IMG/VR virus record: IMGVR_UViG_650627111_000001
Span: 1 to 64,000 of that record
Reading direction: 5' to 3' (one strand)
DNA from: a virus
Taxonomy: Duplodnaviria; Caudoviricetes
Length of the DNA: 64,000 nucleotides
Part shown: positions 10,172 to 18,772 of the stretch, piece by piece
Position numbering within the stretch: position 1 is the first letter of the stretch
How the letters are laid out: each line of letters opens with the position of its first letter
Notes under the pieces: model-generated
Seen by the model: only the letters and a program-made list of their open reading frames with translations
The model's database searches: none
Told to the model about the DNA's origin: nothing
Made by a program: the position numbers and the translations under genes

Positions 10172-10306
10172 ATGAAAATTGCGAACAATTACACCTTTAA
10201 ACAAAATAAAGATGGATCTGTGACAGTCTACAATCATGGTATGTTTTGTGCAATAATTGATGAAGGGATGAGTCGAGCAAAAAGAATATTTTTAGAGACA
10301 GTTTAA
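10172..10306 (+). CDS. Small hypothetical protein (44 aa, not in ORF track)
   Basis: GAGG RBS, MKIANNYTFKQNKDGSVTVY..., behind a promoter with a CRP box. Confidence 0.55.
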   Translation: MKIANNYTFKQNKDGSVTVYNHGMFCAIIDEGMSRAKRIFLETV

Positions 10307-10520
10307 AATTGTGATCAAGGTCACTTGCTTTTATCGGTGAGTGGCTTTATACTTTATTCAAAGGTTAAGGCTGCCGAATCCCGCAGAAGACAATCACCAC
10401 TCCTGCAACAAATTTGTGTTGAGAAAGATTAACATTTAACAATGTAAATATTCCTATTTGCATTCAATAAATTACCTCCAACCTTCAGATATAAACCTCC
10501 ACCCTTAATTGCTTCCATCA

Positions 10521-10780
10521 CAAAATCCAACCTATCTGGAAAATATTAATTTTTGCTTTTGTGATCAAATTTTTCACAATTATTTTTCTCTTTGATAAAA
10601 ATCACAAACACCCGTGTGAATTAAATCTTATACAAAATTACAACCTACTGGCGAAAAATGATTTATCGATTTGGTGATAATTTTCTAGAAGATGCAAATC
10701 TTGATGGAGAACTATACCTAGCAAAAAATTCAAACCTACCTAAACAAAATGAAAATTGCCTTTGGTGATCAAATTTTATA
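10521..10780 (+). repeat. Three degenerate ~55-bp direct repeats
   Basis: CAAAAT..CAACCTAY....AAAAT....TT...TTTKGTGATMAA at about 10521, 10633 and 10722. Confidence 0.55.
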
Positions 10781-10864
10781 GGATTAAAACGAACTGTGCT
10801 GCATTTAGAGGGGTTTTATTTTGAGGGTGGTATGTTCAACAGAGGCGCTCAGGAGGGATTTTGA

Positions 10865-11086
10865 TTATTTATAATCCCACTTACGTGGATCAATAATTAA
10901 CTTCTTAAAATTATTATTATCTTGATGGTACCAAACAAAAGTATCTTCAGGGCAACCCCAACTTGCTTCACCACAATGTGTATGAGCTTCCATCCAAAGT
11001 TGGTGTTGATGCCAATTGCAATCAGGGCAAACTCCATCACCACAACCGATATCTTTACCGTTGTATATACATTTGTTTATGATCAT
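10865..11086 (-). CDS. Small Cys/His-rich protein
   Basis: CGDGVCPDC motif. Confidence 0.55.
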   Translation of the reverse strand: MIINKCIYNGKDIGCGDGVCPDCNWHQHQLWMEAHTHCGEASWGCPEDTFVWYHQDNNNFKKLIIDPRKWDYK

Positions 11087-12082
11087 TTAAGCTTCTCTTA
11101 CAATACGGCAGTTCTTATCTGTACCGAACAATGCTTTATCTAAATCTTCGATTGTACCAGTATAAACCATTTTTCCTCCACTACTACCGTTACTAATTGC
11201 TTCTGGTAGTGCAAACAACATTTGCATATTATCGTTATAATCCTCTATAGTCCACAATTTTCTTGGGTATATTTTAAATCTATATTTACTTACCTCACAA
11301 AAGAATAAATCTGGATATCTTTGCGCTAACTTAATCTGACCACCTAGGAGTTTATTGTTACTTGTGAAATTATAATCAAAATTACCCGTTCTCTTTGAAA
11401 AATCTAAACTTAAGATAAATGATTTAAACTTATCTGTGCAAACAAATACTGTAGGTACATACTTTTTATCTAAAAGCACATTAATATACCCTAACCTTTC
11501 AAGTTTTACAAGTGCATCTTTAACCCACAACCTGTGCGGGGAGTATCCTTTGAATATGGCGAAGCTATTATACGAATTTAACTTATCTAAAACTTCTGAA
11601 CATAGTGCCTCAAGGTAATATATGTTATTCTTGTTGTAACTAGTTTGTAACTCTGACAACAAATTTAACATTTTATCCTTGTTGTAAACAATTTTTACAT
11701 TTTTATTATTTCTTGAGATAGATATTAATCCTGTTTTATTTTTCTTAAACAACTCTGTGTATTTAAAAAGAACAACTCTTGATATTTGTTCACAAGCCTC
11801 TGCGTGCTCCCAAGGACGGTATTTATCTCTTAATGATAAAGCCCAAGAAAGTATGTTTAATGCAGACTGCATTGCAGCCTTGTGTTTCGGAGCTACGAAT
11901 TTTAAAAGTAATTTGTGTGCGAAGTAATGTTCTTTTGGAGTGAACTTCACTAAATTATCGATATTATCCCCGCCACCCATACATCTCGGTAAAATATGGT
12001 GGACTTCAAAGTCTTGCTCTTTTTCACAACCCCTATATTTTCTACTATTACATAAATTGTAATATATTTTTTCGTAATTCAT
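11087..12082 (-). CDS. HNH endonuclease (MobE-like N-terminus) with central wHTH-like domain
   Basis: EVHHILPRCMGGGD...NLV..TPKEHY.AH.LL; VKDALVKLERLGYINV; ATG at 12082. Confidence 0.8.
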   Translation of the reverse strand: MNYEKIYYNLCNSRKYRGCEKEQDFEVHHILPRCMGGGDNIDNLVKFTPKEHYFAHKLLLKFVAPKHKAAMQSALNILSWALSLRDKYRPWEHAEACEQISRVVLFKYTELFKKNKTGLISISRNNKNVKIVYNKDKMLNLLSELQTSYNKNNIYYLEALCSEVLDKLNSYNSFAIFKGYSPHRLWVKDALVKLERLGYINVLLDKKYVPTVFVCTDKFKSFILSLDFSKRTGNFDYNFTSNNKLLGGQIKLAQRYPDLFFCEVSKYRFKIYPRKLWTIEDYNDNMQMLFALPEAISNGSSGGKMVYTGTIEDLDKALFGTDKNCRIVREA

Positions 12083-12110
12083 ATTAACCTTATAATTTAG
12101 ATAGATCTTG

Positions 12111-12650
12111 TCTAATGACACCGATGTGTGGTATATGGAGGAATCACTGATTCCACAACATCATATTCACCAAACAGAGCGTTGCCTAGCTAACCTTATT
12201 ACAATCTTCTACATTTATCAGGGCAGTTTTCATATACAAATTCCTACAATCACCACAAAGTAGGAGAACAAAGTTTACATTGTAAACATTGAACGATTTT
12301 TAGCCAAGTGTATAATCTTTCTGGGGAATGTCAAACCCCATGTAGAGGCGGTCAAGCATCACCAAGACCGCTAGGAATCACTGATTTAACAGTGCCACAC
12401 ATAAACCCCTGTTTCAACCTTATGCTTAATACTTAACATATTGTCAGTTACTTAACGTGTAACAACGTAAGGAAGGTACTCCGGTGTCATAGAGCTGTAG
12501 AAGAAGGATAAACTGAACAGACTTTTATTACACGGCTTTGTATTTAATCTCGTACACCGTTGAAGAAAACGAGAATATAATTCAGCTTATATAATATATT
12601 AACATTTATAAGCTTGTGTGTCTATTCGTTTATTCCTTTGAAAAGTCTAT
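12111..12650 (-). ncRNA. Candidate large structured RNA upstream of the HNH gene
   Basis: Five perfectly nested long-range helices plus several hairpins in an ORF-free gap (see findings); family unknown. Confidence 0.55.
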
Positions 12651-12673
12651 GATTAATCGGTAAAACCTAACAA

Positions 12674-12883
12674 TCAAGCTAAGTACTTATTCATATGTTT
12701 AAATGCTTTATAAAAGTCCTCCAGTTGTTCATCTGATGTAAACTCGTACTCAACTTCGTTAATAAAAACTATACGCTTATTACCTTTTAAGACACTAACA
12801 ATCGCGTCCCAATCATTGGTAAGTTCGTAAATAATTTTGTCTACATTACTCATACAATCTCCATCATTGTTAATACCTATCAA
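12674..12883 (-). CDS. Hypothetical protein
   Basis: ORF in minus-strand operon; probable start at MSNVDK. Confidence 0.55.
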   Translation of the reverse strand: MIGINNDGDCMSNVDKIIYELTNDWDAIVSVLKGNKRIVFINEVEYEFTSDEQLEDFYKAFKHMNKYLA

Positions 12884-12910
12884 AATTAATAAGTCAATAG
12901 TCTTAACCTA

Positions 12911-13138
12911 TCAACCTTCCCAACAATCACACACATAGTCATCCCACGCACCGCAAATGCATTCGCAACTGCAATGTGCCGCACAGCAACAACCATCTTC
13001 CACCTCACCTGTGCCATTGCAATACCAGCATGGGGTGACAATTCCTGACACAAGAATTTTCTCATCCAAGGATTCATTACCATCTTGAAATGAGATTTCT
13101 TCTGTGCCATCTCCGTGGCAACCGAAATATGTTCTCAT
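12911..13138 (-). CDS. Cys-rich small protein (DnaJ zinc-finger-like CxxCxGxG)
   Basis: CWYCNGTG followed by CCCAAHCSCECIC. Confidence 0.6.
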   Translation of the reverse strand: MRTYFGCHGDGTEEISFQDGNESLDEKILVSGIVTPCWYCNGTGEVEDGCCCAAHCSCECICGAWDDYVCDCWEG

Positions 13139-13153
13139 TAAGCTGCTCCTCTA

Positions 13154-13531
13154 TCAATCCCACCAACCTAGCAACCACTTCTTCATCATATCGAATGCAA
13201 AATCAATATCTGCTTGACGATGTTTCTCTTGCCACTTGAAATCAAGATAAGTGTAACCATCTTCACCAAAGATTTTTGTATACCCTTCAATCTTACGATT
13301 GCGAGAAATGAAAACTTTGTTTGGTGCATCATAATTATCGTCAATAATGCGTCTGAGAACGCCTGAAACGATGCGTAATTGTTTAGCTGTGCGATGACTG
13401 CGCACAAGGTGCCCATCGTCTCTGTGACGCTTAGAGGCATTATTTAGCCATAGTATCATAGCTTCCAAGAGGAATGTATGGTCATACCACGGAAACTCTC
13501 GATGGAACTCTTTTCGGAATCTCTTTTTCAT
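13154..13531 (-). CDS. Conserved-type phage protein
   Basis: WYD..FLL...WWD pattern. Confidence 0.65.
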   Translation of the reverse strand: MKKRFRKEFHREFPWYDHTFLLEAMILWLNNASKRHRDDGHLVRSHRTAKQLRIVSGVLRRIIDDNYDAPNKVFISRNRKIEGYTKIFGEDGYTYLDFKWQEKHRQADIDFAFDMMKKWLLGWWD

Positions 13532-13532
13532 A

Positions 13533-13754
13533 TTAATCTACCTTTGTCACAATCTTCTTGATCTTACCACAATCATCACATTTCAAAACTACAATGTGTT
13601 TACGGTTATCTTGACACAATTGATGTGGGATTCGTACATCACCGTGAAAAGTTCTTTTGGCTGCTGCTAAAGCATTCTCAAACGTAGATTGTGCGACAAC
13701 ATCACTTACTTTATCCCACTTATGCTTACAAAATAATTGTTTAAACATAATCAA
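13533..13754 (-). CDS. Small zinc-ribbon-like phage protein
   Basis: FCKHKW ... KCDDCGK. Confidence 0.65.
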   Translation of the reverse strand: MIMFKQLFCKHKWDKVSDVVAQSTFENALAAAKRTFHGDVRIPHQLCQDNRKHIVVLKCDDCGKIKKIVTKVD

Positions 13755-13758
13755 TCTC

Positions 13759-14043
13759 CTAATAAAATAATTTTCTAACTTTATCTTTTGTATCTTTACT
13801 TAAACCTTCTAAAATAGGAGTTAATATCTCAATCAACAAATTATCAAGGATCACACGATTCCGAGAACTTTGAATAAATAGACGCCCCTCAGACTTCTCA
13901 ACTATAAATCGCCAAAGTAAATCCTTACCTAAATTTTTCTCCATTGTGGGTGTTACCTCAACAATGTACTTAGTTTTAAACTTCTCTATAATATCGAGTA
14001 TACAATCTCTTTGCTTTTTTGATAGTTTACGTTTACTGCTCAT
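13759..14043 (-). CDS. Hypothetical protein
   Basis: GAGGGG RBS before MSSKRK. Confidence 0.6.
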   Translation of the reverse strand: MSSKRKLSKKQRDCILDIIEKFKTKYIVEVTPTMEKNLGKDLLWRFIVEKSEGRLFIQSSRNRVILDNLLIEILTPILEGLSKDTKDKVRKLFY

Positions 14044-14145
14044 AATTAAAAACCCCTCTAAGATTTCACCACCTACCAACGTAGTTCACCACCCCTCCAA
14101 AACACGTCGATTATTACCGGAAACGTGGTGTTTGTCAAACTAAAT

Positions 14146-14475
14146 TTAATTTGTGTTGATATTCAGACGGCTTAGAATTTGCAAACCATCCTTCAACATT
14201 TGAATTTCTTCTTCACGTTGCTTAATCTTCTCGTTCAACTTTTCTCGTGCAAACTTACGTTCTTCTGAACCTTTCCAACGCACATTATCAACATTCATGT
14301 GCCATGTTAGTTTCCAAGCATCCATATCTAATAATTGTCCAATATATCGGATACAATACTTATCATCTGAATCGGGGTAACTCTTATTCTCTACACGAAG
14401 CCCATTCTTGTCGATGATAATTGTCGCTGTATCAGGTTTACCCGAAAAACGATGGATTTTCACTTCACGTTTCAT
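14146..14475 (-). CDS. Hypothetical protein
   Basis: AGGAG RBS, coiled-coil C-terminus. Confidence 0.65.
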   Translation of the reverse strand: MKREVKIHRFSGKPDTATIIIDKNGLRVENKSYPDSDDKYCIRYIGQLLDMDAWKLTWHMNVDNVRWKGSEERKFAREKLNEKIKQREEEIQMLKDGLQILSRLNINTN

Positions 14476-14732
14476 AATTTTAAATTCTCCTTGGCATTAT
14501 TAATATGTTTCCACATAGACTCCTCTCCAATATCATCAGATAGGAAATAATCAATGTGATGCAGTACCTTGGATGAATAATCTAACATCTTAACTAGTTT
14601 GTCAACTTCTTTGATGAGAGCTTCTTTATCCTGAACAAACTCTAACTTTTCGGTATCATCTATTAGGTTACGCAAATCATCTGCAATGTTTTGTAATATG
14701 TATTGATTATAATCAAAATAGCCACCCGACAT
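14472..14732 (-). CDS. Conserved-type phage protein
   Basis: MSGGYFDY...S.D.GEE pattern. Confidence 0.65.
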   Translation of the reverse strand: MSGGYFDYNQYILQNIADDLRNLIDDTEKLEFVQDKEALIKEVDKLVKMLDYSSKVLHHIDYFLSDDIGEESMWKHINNAKENLKL

Positions 14733-14734
14733 AA

Positions 14735-15370
14735 TTACCACCTCTCCGCTGATGATTTAACTAAATCTTCTGCAACATGTTTACCTAAAATGTAATCTGG
14801 TCTACGTTGATCTGGTTGCACACAAACTGCTATAATTCGCCAACCGTTCTGTAGTTTGGATTGTAATTCATCTGTGCAGATATCCTCACATAACATCAGT
14901 TGATTGTACTCAGACAATGCACCACCTCCTGTATGAAGATTACATTTGGTGTTGAAAGTGTTATTAGATAACCTCTCCAACTGATTTTGGTATTTCTCCA
15001 TAATCTGCATTGTCTTGAGAAAATAGTTTTCTGCTTGATCTGCACCAGTTGGAACTTCAACCTCCACCTCAAAAGACTCTTTTATATTAACTTTACGTTG
15101 ATCAACCATAAGTAATTTAACCAATTCCTTATCTTGAACAGTAATTTTACAATCCTCGTAAAACGGATATTTATTTAAGGTTTCCTGTTTATGTTCATCA
15201 GAAGATAATACTTCCCAATCTTCTTTAGTTATAGAATTTGGTCTCCGCCAAGAAGACAAATAGTTAGAAAGGGTACCTTTAGACTCAAACACATATCTAA
15301 AACCTTCTGGAATATCTTCTTTATATCCACCTTCAATAACCACTGTATGTAATAATGTCTTGGTTAACAT
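14735..15370 (-). CDS. Conserved-type phage protein
   Basis: EDICTDELQ..L..GWRIIAVC.QPDQRRPDYILG. Confidence 0.7.
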   Translation of the reverse strand: MLTKTLLHTVVIEGGYKEDIPEGFRYVFESKGTLSNYLSSWRRPNSITKEDWEVLSSDEHKQETLNKYPFYEDCKITVQDKELVKLLMVDQRKVNIKESFEVEVEVPTGADQAENYFLKTMQIMEKYQNQLERLSNNTFNTKCNLHTGGGALSEYNQLMLCEDICTDELQSKLQNGWRIIAVCVQPDQRRPDYILGKHVAEDLVKSSAERW

Positions 15371-15376
15371 AGTAAT

Positions 15377-15619
15377 CTATTCCTCCACAATTTCAAAATC
15401 AACGTACATGTACAAACCATCAACACGAATGGTATCTTTAATCACACCGATTGTCAACAACTCTTTGCCACGAATGTAGGCAACAGCATGACCTTTTTGC
15501 TCAAGTATATACTCTGCTTCGACAATAGCATTGTCATAATCGACATTGATGAATGCACCATATGGCTCTGTCTCACCTGATGATTTTGGATTAAGTTTAA
15601 TTTTTGGCATCAATCCCAC
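15377..15619 (-). CDS. Hypothetical protein
   Basis: ORF in tightly packed operon. Confidence 0.6.
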   Translation of the reverse strand: MGLMPKIKLNPKSSGETEPYGAFINVDYDNAIVEAEYILEQKGHAVAYIRGKELLTIGVIKDTIRVDGLYMYVDFEIVEE

Positions 15620-15807
15620 TCCTCTCTATCTGCAATTTCTTGCAGGGATTGCCCGATAACGATCTTCTGCTTGTCTGTAAAGTTATCCCACTCCTTTTGC
15701 AAATCTCCTGTCACATAATTCTTCCAATCGTGACAAGTGTGACAGTTTTTCCAAGAGGGTTTTAAATATTCATAATGTATGTTATGCATACTCTTCTCCT
15801 TAAACAT
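15610..15807 (-). CDS. Small phage protein
   Basis: HDWKNYV...W..FT..QK motif. Confidence 0.6.
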   Translation of the reverse strand: MFKEKSMHNIHYEYLKPSWKNCHTCHDWKNYVTGDLQKEWDNFTDKQKIVIGQSLQEIADREEWD

Positions 15808-16123
15808 TAAAGAATCCGATAGGCCAATTAACTAAGTAACCTTCTGAATTATAATTCGCTTCCACAATACGATCTTCATAAAGCACATAAACCTTAACAT
15901 CTTCGTGAGGTAAAACACCCTCCTCAATCATATAACCAAGTTTATTGATGATTGCATAAAAATGTGTAAAGATGTGTGGGTTTAGTTTTGGTGAGATATT
16001 TTCCACCCATTCTGCAACCTTTTTAAGGTGCAAACCTGACTCTGGGTATAACAAGCCTGTGAAGGTTTCGTTATACTTTTTCAATAATAGGTTTGAATCT
16101 TCAGATACATAGATACTAATCAT
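15800..16123 (-). CDS. Stand-alone ABC/AAA_21 ATPase C-terminal half with DUF3696-like tail
   Basis: LLYPESGLH, IFTH..AIINKL, G.L.NWP.GFFN; no Walker A motif. Confidence 0.55.
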   Translation of the reverse strand: MISIYVSEDSNLLLKKYNETFTGLLYPESGLHLKKVAEWVENISPKLNPHIFTHFYAIINKLGYMIEEGVLPHEDVKVYVLYEDRIVEANYNSEGYLVNWPIGFFNV

Positions 16124-16230
16124 AATTATCTCCTTAAACACTTCGTTGATTGATATGAGTAAATCCTCTGGCTAAACTTATTCTTCATGTTGGTAACAAT
16201 AGCACAGAGGATTATCGTGTCAAGGGTTAT

Positions 16231-16812
16231 TTATTGATTACGCAAAAACTTTTGTGTTGTATTGATTGAACTTACAAGCTCACGAAATTCGTCAATACTT
16301 TTCACAACATATTCATCATCCGATGATGCGAATGTCACCACAATCGAATCATTCTCATCTTCTGTGAAGCCATCAAATTGGGTGAAGCAATCGTTCTCTC
16401 GTGCAAGAGTGAGAATTTCCTTGAAGATATCTTTGCGTGTATCCGACACACTTCCATCTTCTACGATAAAGGGCATAGGAGTGCCTGTGGAGCGTTTATT
16501 CTCTTCAAGAGTATGAATGTGTGTATCAATGTTAACATTATCCACAGGCGATTGTAGAGCGTTTTCGCTATGGATGAAGTCGGCTAGGGTCAGTTGTCTG
16601 TAACCTTCAATATCTTCGTAACTAGCTCTAAATAACGCCTTTTCCTCACGGCAAACAATAAAAAATTCATCTTCATAAGATGGATCTGAAGCTTTCCTCC
16701 CAGAATACCAATAAATATCAAACTTCTCACAAGCTTCAATAAAAAGCTTCAACACTTCTTTATTCGACGTAAGTACGTATGTGCCGATTAAATCTCCTTT
16801 GCATGTAATCAT
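16231..16812 (-). CDS. Hypothetical protein
   Basis: ORF, AAGGA RBS. Confidence 0.65.
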   Translation of the reverse strand: MITCKGDLIGTYVLTSNKEVLKLFIEACEKFDIYWYSGRKASDPSYEDEFFIVCREEKALFRASYEDIEGYRQLTLADFIHSENALQSPVDNVNIDTHIHTLEENKRSTGTPMPFIVEDGSVSDTRKDIFKEILTLARENDCFTQFDGFTEDENDSIVVTFASSDDEYVVKSIDEFRELVSSINTTQKFLRNQ

Positions 16813-16813
16813 T

Positions 16814-17137
16814 TTATTTTCCTTTCATGGTTGATTTAAGCTTAGTATTACCCGAACCTTTACGGTTGTCAAGCATTTCTTTGTAGATAGCAAACTCTCG
16901 TTTGATAAATTTCTGTGGGATGATTTCAATCTCCGCACCGACAAATGATCCTAATTCCCACCACGCATCTTCAGCGAAAATGTGATGACGTCCTTTGTCA
17001 TTGCCATCAATGACGATAGTGTATAATGCACTCCCAGCTTTCTTGCGCACTTCAACAATCATTTCCAATGTACGGTCATCGTTTGTATATACACCAATTG
17101 CTGCACCGGATGTCTTATGTGTGTAAATTGTTGGCAT
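16814..17137 (-). CDS. Hypothetical protein
   Basis: GGAG RBS before MPTIYT. Confidence 0.6.
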   Translation of the reverse strand: MPTIYTHKTSGAAIGVYTNDDRTLEMIVEVRKKAGSALYTIVIDGNDKGRHHIFAEDAWWELGSFVGAEIEIIPQKFIKREFAIYKEMLDNRKGSGNTKLKSTMKGK

Positions 17138-17329
17138 GTTAGTTATTCTCCAATAGATCAATAATAGTTTTAATTTTAGATGCGAGTTTATCACCATCCA
17201 CAACAGTTTTGTAACCAGCTAGGATATCAAAACCATTCATCTTTCGCCAAACTTCTTTCTTACATTTACTATCCTCTAAAGCACTCTTCAAAAGTTTTAC
17301 CAACTTTTCATCTGTCATTAAATCTCTCC

Positions 17330-17572
17330 TTAATCTTTATAGAAAAATACTTCTGTATAACTCTCCACACAACAACTGCAAGAGAATTCGTTAATAAAAC
17401 GCCCATCATCTTCGAATGTAGAACCACCACAATCTTTACATTTTACTACAAAGATTCGACCCTCTGGTGCAATCTTGTCGTGAGCTTTGGTAAACACTCG
17501 TTCAGTTGAATGGCGGAAACTATCCACCCTTTCATAGCTTCCGTTAATGTTGATGTAAACACCTTGTTTCAT
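17330..17572 (-). CDS. Small zinc-ribbon protein
   Basis: CKDCGG ... CSCC. Confidence 0.6.
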   Translation of the reverse strand: MKQGVYININGSYERVDSFRHSTERVFTKAHDKIAPEGRIFVVKCKDCGGSTFEDDGRFINEFSCSCCVESYTEVFFYKD

Positions 17573-17785
17573 TTAGATTTCTCCTCGATTAATCCTATCA
17601 TCTACAAGTTTATACGCTTTTTCAAGCCGATGCAAGTCTTCTATGAGAGAAAGCATCAACTCCGGGTTGTCATCTATCTCACCGGACAATACTCTCTTAA
17701 TCATGTTAAGAGCCAACCATGATGTGCGGTGTGAGATGCTAAGTGTGTCCATCGGTTTTATATTCACTTTCCTTATTCTTCCCAT
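17573..17785 (-). CDS. Hypothetical protein
   Basis: ORF in operon. Confidence 0.55.
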   Translation of the reverse strand: MGRIRKVNIKPMDTLSISHRTSWLALNMIKRVLSGEIDDNPELMLSLIEDLHRLEKAYKLVDDRINRGEI

Positions 17786-17997
17786 TTATAATAAGTGATT
17801 GTCGGTAAGTAGTAATCGCTTTCATCATAATTATCTTGTTCCGCTTTGGATAAAATAGGTTTGTCATTAAGATGAAACTCTACTTCAAACAAATCTGGAT
17901 AATCACCGACATTGATACATTTTAGGCTGGGATTCAAACGAATACCCTCATAAATGTAGTAATACTCTTCACTACTAATCTTAATCCACATATTCAC
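17773..17997 (-). CDS. Hypothetical protein
   Basis: ORF in operon, GGAGG RBS. Confidence 0.55.
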   Translation of the reverse strand: MNMWIKISSEEYYYIYEGIRLNPSLKCINVGDYPDLFEVEFHLNDKPILSKAEQDNYDESDYYLPTITYYKWEE

Positions 17998-18278
17998 CCT
18001 CCTCGACCTTCAATAATTTTAGCTAATTCTTTCAAGCTCGTCCACAAGACGTACTCTTGATCAACTCTGAAACCTTCACCTTCTTCCCAACCACCTGTCA
18101 GGACGCTAGTGTAAGTCTCTTTCTGTTCGAGAAGTACTTCACCCCAAGAGTTGTAGAGCTTAGCATCGTTCTCAACCACTGTAACAACAGCACCTTCTAA
18201 ATCTACATAGTAACCTTTAATCATTTTGTAATCCTCATTTGGTTTCGATGTGGTAATCATAACACCGCAGATACCCAT
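17994..18278 (-). CDS. Hypothetical protein
   Basis: First gene of leftward operon; probable start at MIKGYY. Confidence 0.55.
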   Translation of the reverse strand: MGICGVMITTSKPNEDYKMIKGYYVDLEGAVVTVVENDAKLYNSWGEVLLEQKETYTSVLTGGWEEGEGFRVDQEYVLWTSLKELAKIIEGRGG

Positions 18279-18355
18279 GTCAACAAGAAAACCACAAATT
18301 TATAAAATTAATTTTTCTTCCGATTTCAAAATTGAAAAATTTCAAACATCCATAT

Positions 18356-18384
18356 TGACAATGGTACACCAGCTTGGTAGATTT
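18356..18384 (+). promoter_or_regulatory. Sigma70 promoter at a strand switch
   Basis: TTGACA-17-TAGATT with extended TG. Confidence 0.65.
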
Positions 18385-18461
18385 ACCTTACATGAGGAGG
18401 TTTGCTTCATAAAGCAGCTTTCCTCGATAAGAATAACAGTATAAAGAAGGAGAAGAATAAT

Positions 18462-18770
18462 ATGTGTGGTACAACAACACGTGTAAAGCGAGCTGAACTA
18501 TTGCAAGAATTTGTAATTTGCTTAGAAGATTACAATCACCTCTTGCACAAGGAAACAATCGCTGCTATAGTAACAACAGATGGGGCAATTATCCTACAGT
18601 TGGATACAGAATCTCCATTAACAGAGTGGTATCGTTTCAAGCAAGATGATCAAACTCTTGTAGTACGAAGTAAAAAGCTGTATAGTGTGGATGATGTTGC
18701 AAAGCAGATGCAATTATTCTGCGAAGGTGAAGAACGTCGTCGTGAGTTTATTAATAATGGAGGAGAATAA
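18462..18770 (+). CDS. Hypothetical protein
   Basis: AGGAG RBS before MCGTTT. Confidence 0.65.
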   Translation: MCGTTTRVKRAELLQEFVICLEDYNHLLHKETIAAIVTTDGAIILQLDTESPLTEWYRFKQDDQTLVVRSKKLYSVDDVAKQMQLFCEGEERRREFINNGGE

Positions 18771-18772
18771 AC

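Larger units (their letters stand above)
4125..10325. promoter_or_regulatory. Set of CRP-consensus boxes (TGTGA-N6-TCACA) at early sigma70 promoters
   Basis: Perfect: 5140, 5649, 6348, 7195, 8199, 8274, 10044; one mismatch: 4335, 8182, 8864, 9927, 10310; two mismatches: 4125. Most lie just upstream of TTGNNN-17-TANNNT promoters. Confidence 0.8.

Noticed and set aside
10480-12650. CRISPR or TIGR-type guide array
   Set aside because: No identical, regularly spaced repeats, no cas gene, and no Nop domain recognisable in the HNH protein
12111-12650. Group I or group II intron, tmRNA or RNase P
   Set aside because: No P/Q/R/S core, no properly placed domain V, no tRNA-like ends and no flanking exons; kept as an unassigned RNA
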